From positions 1 through 18,689 of the forward strand of contig JBFMGU010000206.1 in the NCBI GenBank assembly GCA_040752415.1: a stretch of 18,689 bases of DNA, written 5' to 3'. Below, piece by piece: positions 6,795-15,832 of the stretch (its first letter is position 1; each line of letters begins with the position of its first letter). The DNA comes from Myxococcota bacterium (lineage in GTDB: Bacteria > Myxococcota > JACRCW01). The translations under genes and the position numbers were made by a program. The notes beneath the pieces are model-generated. The model was not told where the DNA came from. It was given only the letters and a program-made list of their open reading frames with translations, and made no database searches.

Positions 6795-7445
6795 TCAGAA
6801 CCCCTCCTCCAGGTGCTGTAACAAATCCGCAATGTCGTCCACCGAGAGCTGGCTGCGCACGAACGCCGGCATGCCCTTCTGGCCCGGCCCCGGTCCCTGC
6901 ATGATGCGCGCAGCGATTTCTCCGCGTGCGGACGACGAGATCACGTCCTTGCCGTAACCCGGCCCATCCGAATGGCACCGCGTGCAGGCCCGCTCCCAGA
7001 GCTCCTTGCCGCGTCCTCCGTCGCCGGGTTGGTCCACCACCGCGCGGATCTCCGCCACGGTGTACGGGCGCACGTCGTAGACGGCCGGTTGGCCGGGGAG
7101 CGCCGGTCCTTCGCGCTCCAGGAATGTTCGCAGCGCCACCTGTTCGCGCGCGGTGAGGGGTCGGTCCTGGTAGCGCTCGGCGCAACGCGCGGAGGCCTCC
7201 AGCGGGTCGGTCAGCGACGGATCACCCTTGAAGTGCGGTCGACGCAGTGTGCCGGGCCACGGCGGAGCGGGGCTGATCAGGCCGGCGGTCACCTCGACGC
7301 GGGTGGCGTGGCAGTGGTTGCAGGAGAGCTGCTCCTTGCTCCTTCCCACGTCGGAGACGATGGCCTCACCGTCCTGGGGATTGCCCTCTGGCTGGGCGGT
7401 CCGACACGCCGCCACGACGATCCACGCCCAGCACGCGCGCTTCAT
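6795..7445 (-). CDS. Diheme c-type cytochrome, probable lipoprotein
   Basis: Lipobox-like VAA-C. CNHCH (7322-7308) and RGKELW..ACTRCH (6986-6972), with C-terminal GMPAF..LS.DDI..L..L typical of class I cytochrome c. ATGA overlap with the GT4 stop. Confidence 0.88.
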   Translation of the reverse strand: MKRACWAWIVVAACRTAQPEGNPQDGEAIVSDVGRSKEQLSCNHCHATRVEVTAGLISPAPPWPGTLRRPHFKGDPSLTDPLEASARCAERYQDRPLTAREQVALRTFLEREGPALPGQPAVYDVRPYTVAEIRAVVDQPGDGGRGKELWERACTRCHSDGPGYGKDVISSSARGEIAARIMQGPGPGQKGMPAFVRSQLSVDDIADLLQHLEEGF

Positions 7446-8545
7446 CCTCGCACACCTCGACGAGCGAGCACCTGGCGATACGCCTCCGCGGTGTCGCGCG
7501 CCACGTCGTCAAACGTGCGCCCCACCCAGCGACGCGACGTGATCGCCCCCTCCGCCAGCTCGCGCATCGCCTCGGCCCAGGCGGTCACGTCGTCTGCAGG
7601 AATGAATCGCACGCGCCGACCGCACGCCTCCTGCACGCTGGGCAGACTCGAGGAGACCACGGGCACGCCCAGGGCCAGCGCCTCCAAAGGCACGTACGCG
7701 AATCCCTGGTACCTCGACGGGTGGAGCACGCCGGCGCTGCTGGCCACCAGGTCCAGGAGTGACTCGTCGGGGAGCGCGCCGGCTTCGACGAGGACATCCG
7801 GGGAGAGAGCCTCCAGCCGCGGCCTCAGCGCCGCACGACCAGCATCATCACCGACGAGAACCAGCGGCACCTCGTCGAGACCGGCGTGTTGCAGCGCGTC
7901 CAGCAGGACACCCAGGTTCTTCCGCGCGGAGAAGCCGCCCACGGCCACGAGGTATCCGCCCGGTACCAGGCCCAGCTCGTTGAGAAGGCGTCGGGCGCGC
8001 TTGCGGTCCACGGAATGATCCGCCGCCATGCCCGGAGTCCCCGACGGGATCACCAGCAGGTTCCCGACGTCACCCAGCAGCAGGCGCAGCTCATCCGCCA
8101 GGAAGCGGCTCACCGCCACAACGCCATCCGCCACCCGTGCCGCGGTCTGCAGGCGGACGTTCGCAAGCACACGCGCGGCGGGACCAACGTCGTCGGGATG
8201 TCGGAGCGTGGCAAGGTTGTGGACGGTGATCATGCGGGCGAAGGGAACGCGCCCCAGCGGGATCACACCATGGGGAGCATGCAGGAGATCCACGCCGCGC
8301 TCGCGCAGCAGCGACGGCAACTCCAGGTGCTCGAACGCCTGCGCTGTGCCCAACGCATCCACGTGGACGTCGGTATGAAGCGCCTCCACGCCGTCGGGTG
8401 CGGAATCCGTGGGCCCGGTGATGACGGTGAGCCGCCACCTTTCCGTGCGTGCCACCGACGCGAGCCCCCGCACCAGCTCCCGCGTGTACACGGCCAGCCC
8501 GCGTGAACGCGTGGAAACACGAGCATCCACGGCAACGTGCATCAT
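7442..8545 (-). CDS. Glycosyltransferase family 4 (GT-B fold)
   Basis: VAVDAR...GLAVYTREL, DLLHAPH, ITVH, VAVSRF, VGG...RKN, PSRYQGFAYVPLEALALGVPVVSS. Confidence 0.92.
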   Translation of the reverse strand: MMHVAVDARVSTRSRGLAVYTRELVRGLASVARTERWRLTVITGPTDSAPDGVEALHTDVHVDALGTAQAFEHLELPSLLRERGVDLLHAPHGVIPLGRVPFARMITVHNLATLRHPDDVGPAARVLANVRLQTAARVADGVVAVSRFLADELRLLLGDVGNLLVIPSGTPGMAADHSVDRKRARRLLNELGLVPGGYLVAVGGFSARKNLGVLLDALQHAGLDEVPLVLVGDDAGRAALRPRLEALSPDVLVEAGALPDESLLDLVASSAGVLHPSRYQGFAYVPLEALALGVPVVSSSLPSVQEACGRRVRFIPADDVTAWAEAMRELAEGAITSRRWVGRTFDDVARDTAEAYRQVLARRGVRG

Positions 8546-8552
8546 GATTCCA

Positions 8553-9935
8553 TCACCGTCGGGGCGCGCGCGGAGTCAGGAAGGCCCAGGCCACACCGAC
8601 GAGGCACCACACCTCCGTGCGCCACAACGTCTGGTTCACCTGGTACATCACCGCGAACGTCATGATGAGTGGCCACAACAGCACCTCGGTCCAGCGCCCG
8701 GAGATGCCCTTCCGGCGTGACGCGCGCCAGAGGCCCCACAGCACCAGCAGCACCGCCGCGCCGACGAGGAGCGTGCCCACCAGGCCCGTCTCCGAGAGAA
8801 GCTCCAGGTAGATGTTGTAGGTCACCAGCGCGTCGGGGTCCTGCTCATGCGGCATGATCTTCCGCGCCCACACGCTCTGATCCGCCAGCAGCGCGCCGCC
8901 GAACTGCCCCGGTCCCACGCCGAGGATCGGGTGCTTCTGGAAGAGCCGCCACGCGTGGACCAACCCGATCATGCGCGGCTCCCCCGACGCGGGATCCGAC
9001 GTATCCAACGCGCGCGCCGCCAGCATCCGGTCCGACGCAAACGCCGCGGGAGGTGTCAACGCCGCCACAACGATGACAACAGCGGCGAACACCGCGAGCA
9101 CACGGAATGCGTCGCGTCCGGGCAGCGCGCGCCAGCGCCACCGCGCCACCATGGCGACGGAGAACACCGCCAGCAACGCAGCGCTGCCCGCCCAGGCGGA
9201 CCGGCTCGTCGACAACCCCAGCGCGCTGAGCAGGAGCACGGTGGCCAACGTGGCCCAGCCTCCCCACCCCTTTGTGCGGCCAGCGACCACCAGCCCGACG
9301 AGAATGGCCGTGGGAATCATGGCCTGGAACGCAAAGTATGACGGCTCATACGAGAATGCGTTGATGCGCGCGCGCGCGCCGAACCACTGCGTCACCAACG
9401 GCGGGTCCACCTCGATGGCGGCCAACAGCACCTGCAGCAGACCGAAGACCGCGATCAGCGCGCCACCCCAGCACCACCACACCACCGCGTGCGCCCGTGT
9501 CCGACGCACGTGCCACGCCAGGGAGGGAGCCAGCACCACGATGTCGAAGAGCGCCCACGCCACGTAGCCCGCACCCTTCCCCGGATTGGGCACCCCCATG
9601 ACGAGCCGAAGGGCAAGCGTGGCGATCAGCGCCACCAGCAGCGGCATGCCGGGAAGCTGGAGCGCAAACCGGATGAATCCGCGCACGCCCGTCCGAGCCA
9701 CCGCGCTGGCAGTCAGCGCCACCCCGGCACACTGCGCGGCGCGGAACGTGAATCCACCGACGTCGAGCGTGAGGATCAGGTCCGAAGCGGCGAGGGGAAG
9801 GAGCCACCAGACGAGGAGACGGGGCTGCCACGCCGCGAGAATGGCGCTGAGGGCGGCTGCCAGGCCGAAGATGCCGGCACGGTCGCCTCCCGTCCAAGCC
9901 AGCGCCGTCACGGCACCCACGGGAAGAAGCGCCAT
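8553..9935 (-). CDS. O-antigen ligase / Wzy-like polytopic membrane protein
   Basis: About a dozen hydrophobic segments; R.NAFSYEPSYFA, STSRSAW, HPILGVGPGQF, NIYLELLSETGLVG. Start uncertain (ATG 9935, GTG 9938 or 9971; the track ORF runs to 10007). Confidence 0.88.
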   Translation of the reverse strand: MALLPVGAVTALAWTGGDRAGIFGLAAALSAILAAWQPRLLVWWLLPLAASDLILTLDVGGFTFRAAQCAGVALTASAVARTGVRGFIRFALQLPGMPLLVALIATLALRLVMGVPNPGKGAGYVAWALFDIVVLAPSLAWHVRRTRAHAVVWWCWGGALIAVFGLLQVLLAAIEVDPPLVTQWFGARARINAFSYEPSYFAFQAMIPTAILVGLVVAGRTKGWGGWATLATVLLLSALGLSTSRSAWAGSAALLAVFSVAMVARWRWRALPGRDAFRVLAVFAAVVIVVAALTPPAAFASDRMLAARALDTSDPASGEPRMIGLVHAWRLFQKHPILGVGPGQFGGALLADQSVWARKIMPHEQDPDALVTYNIYLELLSETGLVGTLLVGAAVLLVLWGLWRASRRKGISGRWTEVLLWPLIMTFAVMYQVNQTLWRTEVWCLVGVAWAFLTPRAPRR

Positions 9936-10009
9936 CACGGAAGCGGGGCGCGTGGTGTAGAAGCCTGCCACGCGGCCTCTTTTCCACGCCGTTGCCCCCT
10001 CGCACAACC

Positions 10010-11437
10010 ATGGCCCCCCGCTCCACCCTCCATAACGCTGCCTTCACCATGGTGGGCCAGCTCACCGCGCGCGTGCTCGCGCTGGTGTTCTACGCCGTGC
10101 TCGCCCGTGCCGTCGGGCCCGCGCGATACGGAGACCAGGGCTTCGGCGTGGCGGTGGGCACCTTGTTCGTCACGCTGCTGGAGCCCGGGCTCAACATGCT
10201 CCTCATCCGCGACGGCGCGCGCAGCCGCGCGGACCTCGAGGAGCGCCTGGCGGAATCGCTGGGGTACAAGCTCTCGCTGCTCGCCGTGGCGTGGCCGCTT
10301 TCCGTCGTCATCTGTGCCGCGTTGGGCTACCACGCGGAAGCACTCTGGGCCGTGGCGCTCGCGGGCGGCGGCATCCTGCTCGGGGCCATCGAGGACGTCG
10401 CAGCGTCGGCGTTGATCGCGGTGGAACGGCTCGACGTGGAGGGACTCCTCCGCACGCTCTCCAAGGTGCTCACCGCGGGCTCGGGCCTGTTGGCGCTGGC
10501 CTTCGGCGCGGATTTCGTCGTCGTGCTCGGGGCGTCTTGCGCGGGTTCCGCGCTGGCGGGTCTGCTCGCCCTTTCACTGGTCCGTCGCAGCGGCGTTCAC
10601 GTGCACCTGCGCCTGAGCCCAGTGGCCGCGCTCCGACGCGTCCTTGCGAGCTGGCCCCTCGCCGTCACCGTGGTCCTGTGGTTGCTCACACTGCGCTTGG
10701 ACCAGTTCCTGGCGTCGGTGATGGGCGTGGAGCACGACGAGCTGGGCAACTACAACGCCGCGGTGAAGGTGGTGGAAGCACTCATCCTCTTCCCCAACGC
10801 CATTGCCACCGCGTTCCAGCCCGTCATCTCACGCGCATGGCCGCAGGGCCCCCGGGAGTGCTCACAACCTCTCAGCCAGGCCATGGCCGCGGCGATGGCG
10901 CTCTCGTTGGCAATTGCCGCCGGTGGCGCGGTGCTCTCCCCGGGCATCTGCGGCCTCATCTATGGGGACCGCTTCCAAACCGCCCCGACGCTCCTCGCCG
11001 TGCAGCTCTTCGCGCTCCCGCTCGTCGGACTGCAGTTCATCTCGATGCACACGCTGGTGGCCGCGGGCGCGGTGCGGCAGCAGGCCATCGCCGTGGCGGT
11101 GAACTTCGCGGTGAACATCGTGTGCAACGTGGTCCTGGTCCCGCGCCTGGGCGTGATGGGCGCAACCATCAGCGCCGTGGCGGGTGGCGTCGCGGCCGTG
11201 GGCGTGTTCCTCGTCTCGCTGCACCGCCTGGGACTCTCGGCGGGGTTGTGGTCGGCGGTGTGGCGTCCTGGCGTGGCGGGCGCGCTGATGGTGGCCGCGG
11301 TGCTCGCGGTGCGGGACCATGTGCCGTTGCTCGTCGCCATTGGTGTGGGCGGGGTGGTGTATGGCGCGGTGCTGTGGGCGGTGGGGGGCATGAATGCGGT
11401 GCTGGCGCTTCGCCGCGCGCGCTCAACGGCCGCCTGA
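10010..11437 (+). CDS. Wzx-type oligosaccharide flippase (MOP/PST family)
   Basis: HNAAFTMVGQL...LARAVGPARYG, L.LRLDQF, ELGNYNAAVK, NIVCNVVLVPRLGVMGATIS; many hydrophobic segments. ATG 10010 preferred over TTG 9992. Confidence 0.92.
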   Translation: MAPRSTLHNAAFTMVGQLTARVLALVFYAVLARAVGPARYGDQGFGVAVGTLFVTLLEPGLNMLLIRDGARSRADLEERLAESLGYKLSLLAVAWPLSVVICAALGYHAEALWAVALAGGGILLGAIEDVAASALIAVERLDVEGLLRTLSKVLTAGSGLLALAFGADFVVVLGASCAGSALAGLLALSLVRRSGVHVHLRLSPVAALRRVLASWPLAVTVVLWLLTLRLDQFLASVMGVEHDELGNYNAAVKVVEALILFPNAIATAFQPVISRAWPQGPRECSQPLSQAMAAAMALSLAIAAGGAVLSPGICGLIYGDRFQTAPTLLAVQLFALPLVGLQFISMHTLVAAGAVRQQAIAVAVNFAVNIVCNVVLVPRLGVMGATISAVAGGVAAVGVFLVSLHRLGLSAGLWSAVWRPGVAGALMVAAVLAVRDHVPLLVAIGVGGVVYGAVLWAVGGMNAVLALRRARSTAA

Positions 11438-14365
11438 ACGCCCACGACGGACGAGCAACCACCCAAGCGTACCCAACAGCATCCATGTCGGCGGGCTGCC
11501 CGTCGACGAACAGAGTGACGTGTCATCTTCCTGCCCGTTGTTGACCGGGGGAGGCGGCGTCCCGTCGTCCACCGGCGGAGGAACGGCCCCACAGCCCTGC
11601 CACGCTCCAATGGGTGCACCATTGACGTAGACGGTCCCCTCGGAACCCCGCAGCACGTCCGGCCCCACGCCGGGCCCTTCCCCACCCGCACCTCCCGGCG
11701 CGCGCGGCGCCTGGCACAGTCCACTGACGTCGCCATCCATCGCCACGCGACCACCACCACCACCGCCCCCCATGCTCACCAGCGGGTCATCACCGCGAAT
11801 CGCCATCCCACGCCCCCCGGCGACGGAAATCTCTCCACCACCCCGGATCGTCGTCGCGGTGATCCAGATTGCGCCGCCCGCGCCGCCCGGCGTGCCGTCG
11901 TAGCCGAGACCAGGGAAGCCATCCGCGCGAATGCTCCCGTCGACAACGACGGCGCCTCCCGCATTCACCCGGAGCGCGCCGCCGCCCTCCCCCGCGAGGT
12001 TTGCCGTGGGATGCTGGCTGGGCTGGAACGCCTGCGTGCAATAGCCACCACGCCCAGGTTCCGTCGGTGCGGCGGGGTCGTCGTAGACGGCGTCGGGAGA
12101 GCCCAGGGCCACGCCGTTGATACGACCCGCGGTGCCCGTGCCGCCGTGGGAGCCACCGGTCCAATTGTAGTTCCCGTCGTCGATCTGCGCGGACTGGCTG
12201 TATCCGCCCTGCCCGCTGAGGTCGATAGCGCTTTCCGCGTCCACGACGAGGTCCTCCGTGACCGTCAGCGTCACGCGCTCATCCAACGGCTCACGCCACA
12301 CCGCACCCGGGACCGCCCATCCCCACGCCACCAGCTGCGGGCCGTTTTCGTCGCGTCCATAGAGCTCCTTCGTGGGCCAAGGCAGTCGGACGCGCTGGTT
12401 GTCCGCCATGAGGGTGGCGCGCTCCAGCGTGATGCTCCGCGCGGTGAGTCCATCGGTCACCACCACCGCGTGGCGGAGGATGACGTCGTCACCGCCGTGG
12501 TCTCCGCTGAGAATTCCCACCCCGCCGCAGCGCGGGAACGACTCCACCGGACACGCTCGCGCATCCGGGTTCACGCCCCCACCGTCGATGATGATCCGCG
12601 AAAGACCGCTATCGTCGCGGTAATGGATGGTACCCGGTCCGCCGAAGGTGCGCGAATCCCACCACGGCAACGCGAAACCCTCATCCTGCGGGAACGTCAC
12701 GGGCCCCTGCCCTCCCAAAGCTTCCGCGTTCCCGGTGAAGCGCCGCATGTCACCCGCGTGAACCAGGATGCGACCACCCGAGCCACCGCCGGCGGTGATG
12801 CTGTTGACGTCGGGATGCATACCGTAGGAGCCGTTTCCTCCGTTCGCGCGCAGGACGCCGCTGCCCGTCAGCGCCTCATCCACGCGGAACGAGATGGAGC
12901 CACCGGCACCGCCCCCTCCTCCGCCCTTGCCTTCCGCGGTGCCAATCGCGTCGCCGCCATTCGCGCGCGCTTCGCCATTCCATCGCAACTTGCGAGCGTG
13001 GAGCTGGATCCATCCGCCGCCCTTGCCGCCGCGTCCGTCGTCAAACGCTCCTTCAACAATGGGGCGAATGCCATAGCCTCCGGGGCCCGGGCCGATCGCG
13101 TCGGGGTCATGCGCTGAGCCCTGCGGAGGGGGTGCTGGCGCGAACCCGTTGAACACGAGATTTCCGTGGCTGCCGCCGTAACCTCCGTAGCTGCCACCGG
13201 CATGCAGCTCCAGCATCATCGCCCAGTCTTCCTCGGGCGCGGGAAGGTACCGGTCGTCTTCGCCGCCTTCCGTGGTGTCAATCAGGGTGCCGGCGCGCAG
13301 GTCCGCGTCGTCGAGCTCCGCGAGCAGGTGCTCCGTGCGGATGACGACGTCCGCGGTGATGGCCTTCCACGTGACCGTGAGGATCAGCTGCGCGGACGCC
13401 TGGATTTCCGTGTCGTGCGCTGAGAAGTAGCGCGCGGTGATCGCGGTGGGCTGGAAGACCTTGCAGTTCCCGAGCTGGACCACGCCGCCCTCGATGGCCC
13501 GCGTGGTGAGCTCCGTGTCGACGAGCTGGATGGGCGCACCCAACCCCAGGGATGTGCGTGCGGTGAGGCTATCTGCGGCGTCGATCAGGGACTCATGGGC
13601 CAGCAGGCTTTCCGTCACCAACACGCTCGCCTGCGGCGGCGGCAGCACAATGCCGATGCCCCGCGAATACAACATGGCGTGGTCGAGCGTGACCTTGGTG
13701 GCTTCGAGACCCATGGTGAAGAGCATGCCGCCGTAGCGGAGGGCGCCCACGCCGTTGGACTTGACCTCCAGCTCCTCCGACGTGAAAGCGCCCGTCGTGT
13801 ACACCGCGCCGTCAATGGTGGCGTCACCCTCGACGGTGATTCCCCCGCCGATGACGATGAGCAGTCCATGGACCTCGAGGCTTGGCACCTCCAACGGGCC
13901 GAAGTTGAAGTCGATCTCATCCTCCGCCACGACGTATGCGCCGCTGCCCTTGTCGTCGCTGTTTTCCAGCGTGGTGAGGCCGTCAGGGAGGCTGAGTCCA
14001 AAGCGTTGACCCTCGTGCGACATCCACCAGATGGCCTCGGCAACGTCCTGGCCGAAGGTGATGGCAATGGCACCCGGCGGCGCGCTGACGTTGATCCCAG
14101 CTTCGGGAACGGACACACGCAACAACCCGTCTCGTCGGTTGCCGTCGGCGTGCGCCCGGAAGTCCGCGTCAGGCTGCTCACCACACAGCTCCCACGTGTA
14201 GACGGGCTCGTGGGGTTGGAGGACTTCCGAGCACATCAGGTCCAATGTGAAGAACCCGCACGTGCTCTCACCCTGCGACGCGCTGGGACACGGTTGGGCA
14301 CGGACCTTCCCCGGGAGAATGCAAACGAACGCCACGACGACGATCGCCAACACTGCATGACGCAT
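11423..14365 (-). CDS. Large secreted surface protein (980 aa) with two Gly-rich modules and a MYXO-CTERM-like C-terminal anchor
   Basis: RBS GGAGGGG. Signal peptide ending VRA|Q. Repeated GGGAGGSI / GGSGGRI motifs, Pro-rich linker, then LCSSTG..TWMLLGTLGWLLVRRGR. The 3' end overlaps the flippase by 15 bp. Confidence 0.88.
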   Translation of the reverse strand: MRHAVLAIVVVAFVCILPGKVRAQPCPSASQGESTCGFFTLDLMCSEVLQPHEPVYTWELCGEQPDADFRAHADGNRRDGLLRVSVPEAGINVSAPPGAIAITFGQDVAEAIWWMSHEGQRFGLSLPDGLTTLENSDDKGSGAYVVAEDEIDFNFGPLEVPSLEVHGLLIVIGGGITVEGDATIDGAVYTTGAFTSEELEVKSNGVGALRYGGMLFTMGLEATKVTLDHAMLYSRGIGIVLPPPQASVLVTESLLAHESLIDAADSLTARTSLGLGAPIQLVDTELTTRAIEGGVVQLGNCKVFQPTAITARYFSAHDTEIQASAQLILTVTWKAITADVVIRTEHLLAELDDADLRAGTLIDTTEGGEDDRYLPAPEEDWAMMLELHAGGSYGGYGGSHGNLVFNGFAPAPPPQGSAHDPDAIGPGPGGYGIRPIVEGAFDDGRGGKGGGWIQLHARKLRWNGEARANGGDAIGTAEGKGGGGGGAGGSISFRVDEALTGSGVLRANGGNGSYGMHPDVNSITAGGGSGGRILVHAGDMRRFTGNAEALGGQGPVTFPQDEGFALPWWDSRTFGGPGTIHYRDDSGLSRIIIDGGGVNPDARACPVESFPRCGGVGILSGDHGGDDVILRHAVVVTDGLTARSITLERATLMADNQRVRLPWPTKELYGRDENGPQLVAWGWAVPGAVWREPLDERVTLTVTEDLVVDAESAIDLSGQGGYSQSAQIDDGNYNWTGGSHGGTGTAGRINGVALGSPDAVYDDPAAPTEPGRGGYCTQAFQPSQHPTANLAGEGGGALRVNAGGAVVVDGSIRADGFPGLGYDGTPGGAGGAIWITATTIRGGGEISVAGGRGMAIRGDDPLVSMGGGGGGGRVAMDGDVSGLCQAPRAPGGAGGEGPGVGPDVLRGSEGTVYVNGAPIGAWQGCGAVPPPVDDGTPPPPVNNGQEDDTSLCSSTGSPPTWMLLGTLGWLLVRRGRSGGR

Positions 14366-14482
14366 GGCCCCTCCACCGCGAGACGCGGCTCGACGCCGGC
14401 GGACCCGCCCCGAGTCGATTAGCAGGCCCCGTGACGCGTTGCGAGCGTTGAGGTGCGACTTAACGACTGCTTCGCGACCGCT

Positions 14483-15820
14483 TCAACCTGCGGTCTTGAG
14501 CGCGTAATCGACGAGGATCTCGAAGGGATGATGATCCCACGTCTTCCAGTACCGGAGGACGCCGACGAGATTGATGAACGCAGAAACCGCGCCCAGCCCG
14601 ATCACCACCCGCCACCACGACGTGGGAACGGCAAGCAGCCCCAGCGCCAGGAAGGGTAGCACCGGCACCACGAGTCGCGGGCCCAGGCACCACCCGCCGT
14701 GCCACGCCCACCACGACGCCATCAACGCGAAATACAGTGCAAACAAACCCAGCAGCGGGCCCGCCTCCCGACGCTGTCGCAGCAACGCCGGCCACCCGAG
14801 CATGCACGCGAGCATCACCGGGGAGAACGGAATGATGCCTTTCGTCGGTGACAGCAGCAGCCCCAACGTTCCCTCAACGGGATTCCCGAACGTGAACGGC
14901 TGGGGCGCGCGCAACGGCGAGCCAAAAAGCCGCTGGTGCAGCACCGCCACGAGGCCGACCGCGATCAACGGCCCCACCGCCGCGAAGCCCAGGCGACGGA
15001 AATCCCGCGACCGCACCATGGGCCACGCCAACGGGACCGCCACCAGCGCAAACGGCGGCTTCATGAGCATGCCCGCCCCGACGAGCAGCCCCGCCACCCA
15101 CGGTCGATCACGAACAAGCACGAAGTACGCCGCGCCAACGGCGAACGTGAGCAGATACGGCTCACAGAACAGCGTGCGGGCGTAGTACCAGACCGGCGTG
15201 CCCAGGAACGCGACGGCGCACGTCAGGTTCGCGGTGGCGTCGTCAGCGCCCAGGTGGCGCAGGATCCTTCGGAACATCAGCAGCGCGAGCAACGCGCAAA
15301 GCCCGCTGATGATCAGCGCCACCGGCTCGACGAGACTCGTCCCACACAGTGGCACCAACAAGGGCGCGAGCAGCAGCGGCAGACCGGCGGGATGCGCCCC
15401 GTGCTCTGGCAATCCGTCGACAGCGACCGAGGCCCCGGCCCGTCGGGTGGGTACAGGTTGGCCCTGCTCGGTACGTCGCCAGTGATCCGGGTGGTTCTCG
15501 TACACGTCGGACCAGTTCACGCGCTGCCCGGCGACAAACCAGAGCGTGTGGTGATCCAGCGCCGAGCCCCTGAAGTTGCGCCCCGCCTGGTCCTCCCCGG
15601 CGTGCACGGCGCCGTAGTTGTTCGCGAGGTCCAGGTCGACGTCGTTGAGGATGCTGCTGAGCATGACCAGGTAGTGCGGCTCATCTCCGCCGTGGATGCG
15701 GGGCAGCCCGACGTTGAGCCGGTTGCCCGCGTTCTGCACCACCAGCAGGGGCACAAGCAGGAGCACGCAGACGGACCGGAAGAACGCCGGCCGTGCTATG
15801 AGCGCACGCGCGGAAGGCAT
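14483..15820 (-). CDS. GT-C-like (PMT/ArnT/GT39-like) integral membrane glycosyltransferase (~445 aa)
   Basis: Protein-like sequence begins at MPSARALIAR (ATG 15820). First TM followed by GGDEPHYL (DE motif), TPVWYYARTLFCEP, LMKPPF, LLLSPTKGI..FSP, WHGGWCLGPRLVVPVLP. The upstream part of the 734-aa track ORF is an antisense shadow of the next gene. Confidence 0.8.
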   Translation of the reverse strand: MPSARALIARPAFFRSVCVLLLVPLLVVQNAGNRLNVGLPRIHGGDEPHYLVMLSSILNDVDLDLANNYGAVHAGEDQAGRNFRGSALDHHTLWFVAGQRVNWSDVYENHPDHWRRTEQGQPVPTRRAGASVAVDGLPEHGAHPAGLPLLLAPLLVPLCGTSLVEPVALIISGLCALLALLMFRRILRHLGADDATANLTCAVAFLGTPVWYYARTLFCEPYLLTFAVGAAYFVLVRDRPWVAGLLVGAGMLMKPPFALVAVPLAWPMVRSRDFRRLGFAAVGPLIAVGLVAVLHQRLFGSPLRAPQPFTFGNPVEGTLGLLLSPTKGIIPFSPVMLACMLGWPALLRQRREAGPLLGLFALYFALMASWWAWHGGWCLGPRLVVPVLPFLALGLLAVPTSWWRVVIGLGAVSAFINLVGVLRYWKTWDHHPFEILVDYALKTAG

Positions 15821-15832
15821 GACGGGCCGTTG

